Shown in pieces: positions 19,401 to 28,321 of a stretch of 62,045 nucleotides of DNA (positions are counted from its first letter, which is position 1; every line of letters begins with the position of its first letter). The stretch is from a virus (lineage: Duplodnaviria; Caudoviricetes). The notes under the pieces were generated by a model. That model worked only from the letters and a program-made list of their open reading frames with translations, did no database searches and was not told where the DNA came from. The stretch covers positions 1 through 62,045 of the IMG/VR virus record IMGVR_UViG_3300042883_000146; one strand, given 5' to 3'. Both the position numbers and the translations under genes were made by a program.

Positions 19401-22400
19401 AGGAAACTTGGTTTTGTTTTTAAACTTGTCTTTAAACCAGTGTGGAAGAAGTATTTCACAATAAGGAGCATCTTTAGTATAGAACTTAAGTGTGCTATCT
19501 GTAAGAGCTACTTGTTTCTTTTGGTCATCAGAAAGTTTATTGTATTGTTCTTTAGAAATCTTCACCCATCCTTTATCTGTTTTCATTGTAAGCTCTCTGC
19601 CTTTAGTAGCAGATTCAAACATTGTTACAGGTACTTGAACATGTGATCCTCCTGACATCTTAGGTCTAAGAATAGCCTTATCAATCATAGAATACATGAT
19701 ATTTCTAATCTGTAAGTAAGAAGGAGCTGCTTCAAATGGAATTCTGAATTGATCATTTTCATCAAGTTGAATAGCATCAATAGTATTATCAGATACATCT
19801 CTTCTTAACATCTCATACATCAATGTTTCAGAAACAGCTTTACCATTTACAAGTTTGAAACCATTATCCATATCTTCTACTCCAAGCTTAATTAAAAGCT
19901 CATTGTAGGCATTCTCATGCATCTTATTTAGAATATCTGTATTTCTTTCGTACTCAGCTTTTGCTTCTGGACTAGTTGGAACACCATTATCAAACAAATC
20001 CATAGAAGCTAATTTAACTAGCTGAGATCCTCTGGTTTGTTCTTTCTCTCCTTCTGTAGCAGTTTCTACTTGAATACCATAAGATTTCCAAGGAACACTA
20101 ACAATTGTATCTTTAGCAAATGCTTCTGTATTAAATGATCCATCAGCATTATATAAACTATATGTACTATCTACCCCCACCTTTCTACCAGACTCAACAA
20201 CAGCATAACCAATTCCTTGTTTGAACATTTGCTCATACATCTTTTCAAGATTGGTTCCTTTAACCATACTGTAATAAATAGGCATCTGTGAAAACTTATC
20301 TAATACAAGATTAATTTTGTTTTCTCCAAACTTATTTCCAGATACAATAGGCTTTAACACTTCTATAATATGTTTAGGAGCATCAGTTTTTAATAAAGCT
20401 TCATCATGTTTTGCAAGAGCTTTTCCTCTAGCATCTTCTGAATATTTAAAACTTGGAAAATTTTGTCTTGTAAAAGCCATTTGCCACTGATGCCAATCTT
20501 CAGCTTGATCAGTCCATTGACCATTTTTTAATTTAATTTCTCTGTATGTACCATCCATTAACCAAGAAGCAGCATCTGCTTCATTAGTATCTCCATACGC
20601 TTCTAGAATATTAGATAGACTGCCTACAAGTTTTACATCTGTAAGACTAATAGTTTTAGTGTAAGATTTAAATGCTTGATAACCATAATCACCTGGTAGT
20701 AGTTGTATACCATCCACTTGATTTGCATTCTCATTTAAGTATGTATTGTATTCTGGAGAATCAAATGTAACCCTGCGTGGAGATAAGAAAGACTTAATAC
20801 GTTTAGTCTCATCTAACTTAGCTCCTTTAATTGCAAACTGATATGGATCTCCAAATAATATTTTATGGTATTCAATATTATTAATAATATAATTAACGTT
20901 AGCAAATGTTACTATATCATTTAAAGTTTTTTCTGATAAATTATTTTTATTAAACTTTTCTTTAGTAGCAAAAGCATCTACAAGACTTGGATAAGCAAAT
21001 GTATCTTCACCCACTTGAAATGCTTGGCTATTAGCTATCAACACATCTTTAGTAGCTTTTACAGTATTTTGAATATAAACTTGTATAGCTTCATTAATCT
21101 CTCCAATATTTTCTTTACTATTAATATACTCCTCAATTTGTTCTTGAGTAGCATTAGCTTCAATCATATTATTGATATCTTCTAATTGTTTATCAAATAA
21201 AATATCTTTAAAGAATCTTAATTCTTTTGCTTTACCTTTTACATTCTTTAATTGTTTTCTATTATCTGCATCTAAAGCTAAAGTAATATCATCTGATAAA
21301 TATCCTCTGAATATACTATTGATATTACTCAAAGCTTTACCACTTTCTATACTCTTAAGAGAAACATTGTTACCAAGATTCATCATCCACTCTGTAGAAC
21401 TATCTCCAGGAAGTAGAATATAATAATTACCTTCTAGATTATTATTAATTTCTTGAGTAAATCTTTCTCCTAGTCCTAATTTAGTAGTTTTGTATCCTTT
21501 GTTATCATCTAACTTTTTAGTTCCTTGTATATATCCTATCTTAACTTCTTTAATTCTATTACCATCTTTATCAAAAAACAATCCTCCTTTTTTAAGTACT
21601 TGAGAGTTTGCTGAGAATATATCGTTTAACTCAGGACGAGATGCTAAAAGTTCATCTAATGTATTTGCTTCATTAAACTCATTCTCAAATACAGAAGGAG
21701 CATTACTATCTGAGAAAGAACCAATACGTTGATTCTCCACACCAAAATAAGTACTCTCTTGATTAGGATTTGTAACCTTATTATAAAGTTCAGCTAACTT
21801 AGTAATACGACCATCCACTCCTAATGTCTCTCCAGTTACACTCATGATACTTGGAGTAGTTCCTAAGTATTTATAAATTGCATCAACAGCTTCTGAAAAG
21901 CTTTGTTTTTGATACTTCTTTAAATTAGTGTATACATCAAACTCAAAGTTAATTCCAATATTACCTAAGAAAGCAATTTGATCTTTAGGTTTTTTTACAG
22001 ATATTTCTTTTAGTTTTTCAGAATCAACATTGTAAGTTTTATTATTTTTATTGTATTTAATAAATCCAGCAGAATCTTTAGCAATAGCTTTAATGTTCTC
22101 TACCCACCCTTGTTTGGTTTGTTTAATAGCTGTAAACAAATTAGCAGGAGCTATGTAAACTTCATTACCTGTTTTATATTGAATTAATGCATCAGGCTTT
22201 TGTTTAGTAAACGTTTGATAGAACTGTATAAAGTATTTCCAATCATCATTTGTAAATTCATTAAATGGAATATGTTTAGTTACTTTTCCATTTGCTCTGT
22301 CTAACTTTCCACCCACTCTAGAAAACAATCTAACATAGTTAGGATCATCAAAAGATAAATCGTAAAGTTTATCTACCATCTTAGATACAGAAGTGGTATT

Positions 22401-25400
22401 AGATAATTTACCTAACACTGTAGAAAATGCTCTACTAAAGTTTAATAATCTATATCCACCTATAGAGTTATCTGTTTTTGCTAATGGTAACTCTAATACT
22501 AGAGATCCATCTTCTTGATTAGTAGCAAATGTTTCTAATAAAGTTGATAATGAAAACTTAATTGCACCTGAAGAATTCTTTTTCCAATCTGTTGAAAAAG
22601 GTTCAGGAGAATAATCTCTATTAGTTTGATCATCATTAATTTCTTCTTCTTCATTAAAAGTTATACCTAATGTACGTAATGATTGTTTGGTTTTAACTTT
22701 TAATTCTTTCCAAGTTTCTTCTCCTAATAGATCTAATCTACTAAACCCATCTTCATTTACTTCTTCAGAATATTCTTGTTCAATTTGATCAAACATTTGA
22801 TCTGCAGTGATAGATAAAGGATTGAATAATAATTTCTTATCTCCTTCTGTAAATAGAATACCTGCAGCTCTAGCTGTCATATCTTGAACAAACTCATATG
22901 TTTGTTGTTCTGTTAAATTAGCAGCAGCTCTGTATTCAGCAAACTCATTATCTTTAGGTTGTCTTAGTTCCCTTTCTTTAAACTTTCCTGTATCAATTGC
23001 TTTAAATAATTCTTCTTTTAAAGAAGGATTAGTTCCAAAAGTTTTAAAGAAATCCATAATCATCTTAAAGAATCTACGAATTCTTTCTCCTAATGATTTA
23101 GCTGGAAGTTTTCCCAATCTATAATCAGCAAAATCATCCATGATTCTTTCTTTAAGAATCTTATCAGACACTTTAGCATCATCATATGAATAAGTTTTAC
23201 CAGAAGCTCTATCTTTAAATGTTCCAGGTCTAGCTCTTTCTTGATCAAGTATGGCTTGTTGTTCTTCAGGAGATAGCATACCATTCCAAATAGCTTCACC
23301 TATCTCATGATATTCAGTACCTCTAAGTCCACCTTTAACAAACTTAACTATATTGTTTTCAAATACACCCCAAGCTTTTTCTCCTGTATTAGTAGTGATT
23401 ATATTTTCAAGAACTTCATAAGGAATAGTAGCTGCATTAGCTGCATGCCATTCTTTAAATAACTGAAGATCAGCATCAGTCATTCTATCTTTCTTATCTA
23501 GTCCTACAGTTCTATATTGGTTTTTAGGTTTAAATCCTTTAAACTTATTTGCATCTGGCTTCTTAGGAACTTCTGGTTCCTTTTCTTCTAAAACAACTTC
23601 TTCTTTCTCTTCAACTACAGGAGCTGGAACTTGTTCTACAGGAGCTTGAGCTTTTAATTTTGTTGATAAATTTGCAGAAATTATATAGCTAATATATTGT
23701 GCAACTTGTTCTTCATCTTTTTGTGTTGCATCAAACTGATTTATTTGTTTTAATGTAGGAATTACATTATCATTTAACAATGTAGGATTTTTTGCTATTG
23801 ATTCTATAACAGCTGTATTATTTTCACTACTAACTAAAGTGACAATTACATCTTTTTCTGCAGATGGTACAGCTGTAAATTCTATATCTCCAGCTTTAAG
23901 TTTATACTTATTAGGAGTGGTGCCATCTAATTCAAATCCATCTACTACAGGAACTTGAATAGTTTCAACAGGAGCTGCAACAACAGGTTTAGGTACCACC
24001 TTCACTACAGGTAATTCTAAACCTTCCAATGTAGCATATTTTTGTTTGAAGGAATATGGCACTGATTCTGTAGACTTAGCTACAGAAGTGCTAAGAGGAG
24101 TTTCAGAGGATGGTCTAGAAGGACCACTAGGATAGTTTGCAGATAGTAAATATGTTTGATAATTAGTCCATTCACTAGTTGTAAAGGTTCCTGTTTTATC
24201 TATATAGAATTCAGTAAAAGGTTCATTAAAGTTTTTCTTTAATGTTTCGTTATTTACATTATTATATATTTCTTGTAACTGATTAACTATCTGAGTTTCA
24301 TTTTTTACAATTTCAGTTAGTGGATAAGATTCTTTACCAAGATCAATAGCTAAATCAGAAACATTAATACGTATCTGATTGTCTCCCATTGCTCCTGCTT
24401 TATCTTTCCAGAACAATATATTTTGTAAAAAATAAGAATACTCTCTATTAATTCTAATAGTTTTACCAGCTTCAGATTGAGAAATCATATCTGCAGCAAG
24501 AGCTTTTATAACTTCAAAGATTCCTTTTGCTTCTCTATTATTAAACTTTTTATTATTTAAAAATTGTAAAGTGTCTCCATACTGAAGTACAGGAACACCA
24601 TTAGGATATTTAAGAATTTGTCCCTTGTGTGTAACTGATCCTGTTGTAGGAATAACAATAAGTCCTTCTTGAGTAGATATTTTATTTTCAGGAACTAGTA
24701 TTCCTCCCACTTGATTCTTCTCAACTATACCATCTGCATTTTTTATTTCAATAGGAATTCCTCTTGAAACATCAAATGAATAACTTGTAACAGTATTAGC
24801 TGGAGCTGAAAACAATTGTTCTCTTAATATTCTCCATCCTTTAGCAGCTGCTTCAAATTCTTCTTTTTGATCTTCTCTATACCTAGGTCTTCCTGATCCA
24901 TCTTTAGTTTCAGTAGTAGGCATTCTTTTAAATACCACTTGTTCAAGATCTACTTGCTCTCCTAATTTAGTAAGAGGTTTTCCTTCTTTGTTTACAAAGA
25001 ATAAATCTTTTCCTTTTTGTATTACAAATACTTGAACAATTAAACCCTTGTCTATATCTAAGACTTTATCTATATCTTCAAGAGGAGTGTTAGCATCTTT
25101 ATTATAAGACATTTGTGCTAAACCAGTTAATCCTAAATCAGCCATTTGATTAGGAGTGACTAGTATAGACTTCATCTGTCCTCTATTAGAGAAGTTGTTA
25201 ATATTATTTAAAAACTCTACAGACCTTTTAATGTAAGGAGCACTCTTAGTAGGATCATTATCATTTTCATTTTCTCCTACACTTGATAAAAAGAATATAG
25301 AAAAATCTTTTAATTTACCTTCTTGTCCAGTAAACTCAAGAGTGGAAGTATCAGGTGTGGAAACAGTTCCTGAATTAAGTTGTAATGCAGTTTGTTCTTT

Positions 25401-28310
25401 ATTAATTTGCTCAGAATTTTTTAGAAGTTTTTGTTTTTTTGCTTCTTCTTCTTCTCTAAGTTTTATTAATTCTTTTGTTTGATCGTTAAACTCTTTTTCT
25501 ACATCATCAATAAGAGCTTGATTATCTAATGCATTTATAAAATCTAATTTAGTTTCTCCAGGAGCTAATTCAATTCCACCTATTTCTGAATACTCAGGTC
25601 TAGCTATCACTGTATCAATAGCCTTATTTAAAATATCTGTAAACTCTTCAGATCTATTTTCTTTATCAGAGATGTTATATTCTTTAAACTCAGTAGGAGT
25701 GAGAAATTTAATCTTACCATTAGGAAGTCTCACTTCAAATTCTCCTCCTAATGTTTTAGCTACTACAGTGATTTTAGGAGCAAGTTGTAACGCAGTTCCT
25801 TCTTTTCTTATAGGTTCTTTTAAGGAATATTCTTTACCTATTTCAAGTTCAGCATTAACTATCTTAGTTTTCTTTTCTCCTTCAAGTTTTTCTTTTTGTT
25901 CTACTACAGCAGGAGAAGTGTCTATCTTTTCATCAGCACCATATCCTCTACCATAAGTATAGTTTAATGGATTCTTTTTAATATCATCATATTCCTCTAT
26001 AAATAACTTTCTACGAAGAGATAATTCAATAATATCAGACAGTTGAGTTTTAAGTTCATCTTTAACATCAGAAGTTACATCTAGTTCATTAATTTGTGAA
26101 AGAACTTCTTCTGTAGCTATTTTGTTTGCTTTACCATCTTTAATAATACTTTGAAGTACATCCATTGTAGATACACCTGCTTGAGACAGTCCACTATTAA
26201 CTAGAGGAATACGTAAATCATAATCAGCAATCTTACTAGAAGCATATACCAATTTATCAATAACCTCATCAGAATACTTTCTTAATTGTTTTCCATCAGG
26301 ACTTAAAATAGGAGCACCTTCTGCATCTGTTAATATCTCTCCAGAATATCTTAAATTAATAGCTTTATATAATTGTTCTGTATTTTTAGCTGTAGTTTCT
26401 AATGTAGAAAGTCTTTTTTGAAAAGAAGAAATGTCATCATTAATGTTAGCTAGTCCTTGTTCTTTTAAGGAAGCTAGTCCTTGCTCAGTAACACCTGTTT
26501 GTTTTAATTCTGCTAGATCATCCATCACCATATCAAACCTACCATACTTGATACGAGGAGCTAAATAGTTATGTACTAAATCTGCTTTTATATCTTTTGC
26601 TTCTAATTCATCTCCAGAAATAATTGCATCTTGTTGTTGTTTTTGTAAAGTCACCCCTCTGTTTACAGAAGAAAGTCTGTCAATAAATGCTTCTTTAAAT
26701 GATGGAGTAGAATTAAGGGAATTGATAAATTGTTGAGTGTTAGTGGCTACAGATTTATCTTGTAAGTAATTACCTTTAGCCTGCATTATTCCTCCAGTGA
26801 TACCTCCAAGAATTCCTCCTTCAATACCTTCTTTAGAAACTAATGCTCCTACATCTTTACCTGTTTGATCTGTACCAAATAAGCCATATAAAAATCCATC
26901 AGTTAATATATCAGCATCATCTGATTCTCTAGATTTATTGAAGTAATTATTAGTACCCACTTGCAAAGCATATTGTCCAATCTCTTGACCTGCTTCTTTT
27001 GGATCAAATACATATTGACCCACTCTTTTTGTTTTCTGGTATAGTTTACCAAACTTAGTAACAGGAACTTTAGCACCATATACTCCACTCTTTAGAAGTA
27101 CATCATCTGCTTGGCCCACTAAACTATTTGCAGCTTGTTTACTTGCTCTATAAGAAGATCCCATTAAGTAAGGAAGTTGAGCAAATTCTGTAACAGATAG
27201 TAATGCTAGGTTTCCAAAAAAAGAAGTTTTACCCACTTTCTCTGCCTCCATATTAATACTTTCTAATTCTGCCCCTGTAGGCTCATTACCATAGTTTTCT
27301 AATTTATATTTTTCAATTAAATTATTTCTAAATTCATTAGCTGTTTGTAAAGCTTCAAAAGAAGCTTCTCCTGCAGAAGAATAAGCAGCAACAGCTGTAC
27401 GTCTAGCAGTATCATTAATAGTAGCAAATAGATTAGTTGTCTTTGCAAGTTCTGCTAGTCTTGAAGATTTAGCTGTGATGTCTGCAATAGAAGAAACTCC
27501 TTTATCTAATATAGCAGCAGCTTCTTTATTTTTGGCAACAGAAAATGCTCTTGCACTATTTCTCAGTATAGGTGTAAATAATTTAAAAGCCTGAGAAGAA
27601 CTTGCTGCAGTTCTAGCTGCAAGAGCTCCTGCAACTTTTCCTAATCCTCTACCTGCTACATTCACTGCAGCATTGGCAATGTTACCACTAACCATTGCTC
27701 CTACAGCATATCCACTATTTTTGATTAATTTATCAAATAGGAAATTAGCTGTCATCCAGTTATCTGTAGAATACCAAGCTGATTCTTTCTCTACATCAGA
27801 ATAATAATTTGGAAGATATTCTTGATCCACTTTATTATTCCATTTGTCTAAATTTCTTAGTCCTTCATTATCCCATATATCAGCAAGCCTTCCAGTAAAT
27901 GCAGCACTCACTGTACCCCCTAACATAGCAAAGCCTCCAGCAATTGTTGTAGCTGCAAGATTAGTACCTTTTAAAATACCATTAACTCCTTTTGATAAAA
28001 CACTTTGATTATAAGAAACATAATCCTCTTGATTAGAAACTATAGGATTAAACTTTTCATACCTCTGGTTTGATTTTAAAACAGCATCTGTAATAAATCT
28101 TCCCTTTTCTTTAAAATCAGCATTCTTAGATAAATTGTTTAATATATCATATGCGTCATCAGTAGCATTCTTTTGTAAAGTGGTGTCACTAAAATCACTT
28201 CTTCCTACATCTATTCTTGGTGCAGGAGTTACTTCATTTAGATCTACTCTTTCCATAGGAATAGCAGTTTCTTTTATAATAGATTGAAGATTTTTATCAA
28301 AATCTGGCAT
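16497..28310 (-). CDS. Giant virion-packaged RNA polymerase polyprotein (crAss-like, phi14:2 gp66 type) with N-terminal cargo region and zincin-like domain
   Basis: GFRIPTQ...VVVPSEITTKAGSDFDIDKLNMY with DFDID at 19197-19211; EYHEIGE zincin-like motif at about 23295-23315; 3937 aa with no internal stops. Confidence 0.9.
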   Translation of the reverse strand: MPDFDKNLQSIIKETAIPMERVDLNEVTPAPRIDVGRSDFSDTTLQKNATDDAYDILNNLSKNADFKEKGRFITDAVLKSNQRYEKFNPIVSNQEDYVSYNQSVLSKGVNGILKGTNLAATTIAGGFAMLGGTVSAAFTGRLADIWDNEGLRNLDKWNNKVDQEYLPNYYSDVEKESAWYSTDNWMTANFLFDKLIKNSGYAVGAMVSGNIANAAVNVAGRGLGKVAGALAARTAASSSQAFKLFTPILRNSARAFSVAKNKEAAAILDKGVSSIADITAKSSRLAELAKTTNLFATINDTARRTAVAAYSSAGEASFEALQTANEFRNNLIEKYKLENYGNEPTGAELESINMEAEKVGKTSFFGNLALLSVTEFAQLPYLMGSSYRASKQAANSLVGQADDVLLKSGVYGAKVPVTKFGKLYQKTKRVGQYVFDPKEAGQEIGQYALQVGTNNYFNKSRESDDADILTDGFLYGLFGTDQTGKDVGALVSKEGIEGGILGGITGGIMQAKGNYLQDKSVATNTQQFINSLNSTPSFKEAFIDRLSSVNRGVTLQKQQQDAIISGDELEAKDIKADLVHNYLAPRIKYGRFDMVMDDLAELKQTGVTEQGLASLKEQGLANINDDISSFQKRLSTLETTAKNTEQLYKAINLRYSGEILTDAEGAPILSPDGKQLRKYSDEVIDKLVYASSKIADYDLRIPLVNSGLSQAGVSTMDVLQSIIKDGKANKIATEEVLSQINELDVTSDVKDELKTQLSDIIELSLRRKLFIEEYDDIKKNPLNYTYGRGYGADEKIDTSPAVVEQKEKLEGEKKTKIVNAELEIGKEYSLKEPIRKEGTALQLAPKITVVAKTLGGEFEVRLPNGKIKFLTPTEFKEYNISDKENRSEEFTDILNKAIDTVIARPEYSEIGGIELAPGETKLDFINALDNQALIDDVEKEFNDQTKELIKLREEEEAKKQKLLKNSEQINKEQTALQLNSGTVSTPDTSTLEFTGQEGKLKDFSIFFLSSVGENENDNDPTKSAPYIKRSVEFLNNINNFSNRGQMKSILVTPNQMADLGLTGLAQMSYNKDANTPLEDIDKVLDIDKGLIVQVFVIQKGKDLFFVNKEGKPLTKLGEQVDLEQVVFKRMPTTETKDGSGRPRYREDQKEEFEAAAKGWRILREQLFSAPANTVTSYSFDVSRGIPIEIKNADGIVEKNQVGGILVPENKISTQEGLIVIPTTGSVTHKGQILKYPNGVPVLQYGDTLQFLNNKKFNNREAKGIFEVIKALAADMISQSEAGKTIRINREYSYFLQNILFWKDKAGAMGDNQIRINVSDLAIDLGKESYPLTEIVKNETQIVNQLQEIYNNVNNETLKKNFNEPFTEFYIDKTGTFTTSEWTNYQTYLLSANYPSGPSRPSSETPLSTSVAKSTESVPYSFKQKYATLEGLELPVVKVVPKPVVAAPVETIQVPVVDGFELDGTTPNKYKLKAGDIEFTAVPSAEKDVIVTLVSSENNTAVIESIAKNPTLLNDNVIPTLKQINQFDATQKDEEQVAQYISYIISANLSTKLKAQAPVEQVPAPVVEEKEEVVLEEKEPEVPKKPDANKFKGFKPKNQYRTVGLDKKDRMTDADLQLFKEWHAANAATIPYEVLENIITTNTGEKAWGVFENNIVKFVKGGLRGTEYHEIGEAIWNGMLSPEEQQAILDQERARPGTFKDRASGKTYSYDDAKVSDKILKERIMDDFADYRLGKLPAKSLGERIRRFFKMIMDFFKTFGTNPSLKEELFKAIDTGKFKERELRQPKDNEFAEYRAAANLTEQQTYEFVQDMTARAAGILFTEGDKKLLFNPLSITADQMFDQIEQEYSEEVNEDGFSRLDLLGEETWKELKVKTKQSLRTLGITFNEEEEINDDQTNRDYSPEPFSTDWKKNSSGAIKFSLSTLLETFATNQEDGSLVLELPLAKTDNSIGGYRLLNFSRAFSTVLGKLSNTTSVSKMVDKLYDLSFDDPNYVRLFSRVGGKLDRANGKVTKHIPFNEFTNDDWKYFIQFYQTFTKQKPDALIQYKTGNEVYIAPANLFTAIKQTKQGWVENIKAIAKDSAGFIKYNKNNKTYNVDSEKLKEISVKKPKDQIAFLGNIGINFEFDVYTNLKKYQKQSFSEAVDAIYKYLGTTPSIMSVTGETLGVDGRITKLAELYNKVTNPNQESTYFGVENQRIGSFSDSNAPSVFENEFNEANTLDELLASRPELNDIFSANSQVLKKGGLFFDKDGNRIKEVKIGYIQGTKKLDDNKGYKTTKLGLGERFTQEINNNLEGNYYILLPGDSSTEWMMNLGNNVSLKSIESGKALSNINSIFRGYLSDDITLALDADNRKQLKNVKGKAKELRFFKDILFDKQLEDINNMIEANATQEQIEEYINSKENIGEINEAIQVYIQNTVKATKDVLIANSQAFQVGEDTFAYPSLVDAFATKEKFNKNNLSEKTLNDIVTFANVNYIINNIEYHKILFGDPYQFAIKGAKLDETKRIKSFLSPRRVTFDSPEYNTYLNENANQVDGIQLLPGDYGYQAFKSYTKTISLTDVKLVGSLSNILEAYGDTNEADAASWLMDGTYREIKLKNGQWTDQAEDWHQWQMAFTRQNFPSFKYSEDARGKALAKHDEALLKTDAPKHIIEVLKPIVSGNKFGENKINLVLDKFSQMPIYYSMVKGTNLEKMYEQMFKQGIGYAVVESGRKVGVDSTYSLYNADGSFNTEAFAKDTIVSVPWKSYGIQVETATEGEKEQTRGSQLVKLASMDLFDNGVPTSPEAKAEYERNTDILNKMHENAYNELLIKLGVEDMDNGFKLVNGKAVSETLMYEMLRRDVSDNTIDAIQLDENDQFRIPFEAAPSYLQIRNIMYSMIDKAILRPKMSGGSHVQVPVTMFESATKGRELTMKTDKGWVKISKEQYNKLSDDQKKQVALTDSTLKFYTKDAPYCEILLPHWFKDKFKNKTKFPNDKAILKYLNETKEGKAILTGIGFRIPTQALSSVEVFKVKGFLPQYMGATVVVPSEITTKAGSDFDIDKLNMYLKSTYVDRTGNVRLVKYLDSEADTKEFYGKVFEDTLVNKAFKKSELLEALQITIYDLKDPKNLSEKYSEFISTLLSGAEDYINTEESIIKEIEDLQDSSLQSFYKEKYVKDMYKKSLENEYYDSLEKLITLPENFDRLISPVNDAGLEKLSEKLNSLRGYDENLIKNRILDRNYMTKLRHAFVTAKRWVGIAAVNITNLSLKQKSQVYIDPARFVNVSLRDQKILGDGIIKLKHNTTMVNGQPYISLSGTTVKDGKELISNRLSGYATAFVDVANKPYITDVVQSDLVVGTFMFLENIGSGEQAAMFLNQPIISEYLKMLDGTGQKNLFGANNIEKIKNQFGGEREKLEESVGTTFDITKLEQNIKDYYSNKNEMLNAEQYAEQEVIFNEFLKYAKMAEYAFKFTQATNYDTSSFNNSSVYDRKTWNTEIASNTNIIYSVDNILDNTFIGKQKEFLGKSMQSMGAIFKLEEDDFRAITNKILQPFGENPFMSADDFEKLSNKVKADFLDYIIQTKIGVNSRIKELLIDPNTSVAVRLEKAKKAYPDIQILRELQVVSGDRPDGAKSVKLIANTKDAYDNNMYVGMMRELRDYNDELNQLYKDLIYVSILQGTYQSAISIKNVIPIEDYSDIVRPVIISLANDENLDAFAEGMFHANNFKNDDIMPTFQPRFRDVSVRFKGDAATPNSVQLDSFGNHYADIYLYYSSMFPKLEAFNIKSTERKILLVSTMYDYIASQKNYLKVPRVITDEGTGDSIDIKTGLSVTKLDYALRKAKGDYSLKDVYGYARVNYPNTNIPLTTIDKSGDIKHVYKLINLYGDGDRASEFYEDFRPSVIENGTVIMNQIIPNEDIIEYYGEEITMEDVPLPTEASTQPSTDINAPEGLPPIDRSSETCK

Positions 28311-28321
28311 ATTAATTTATT

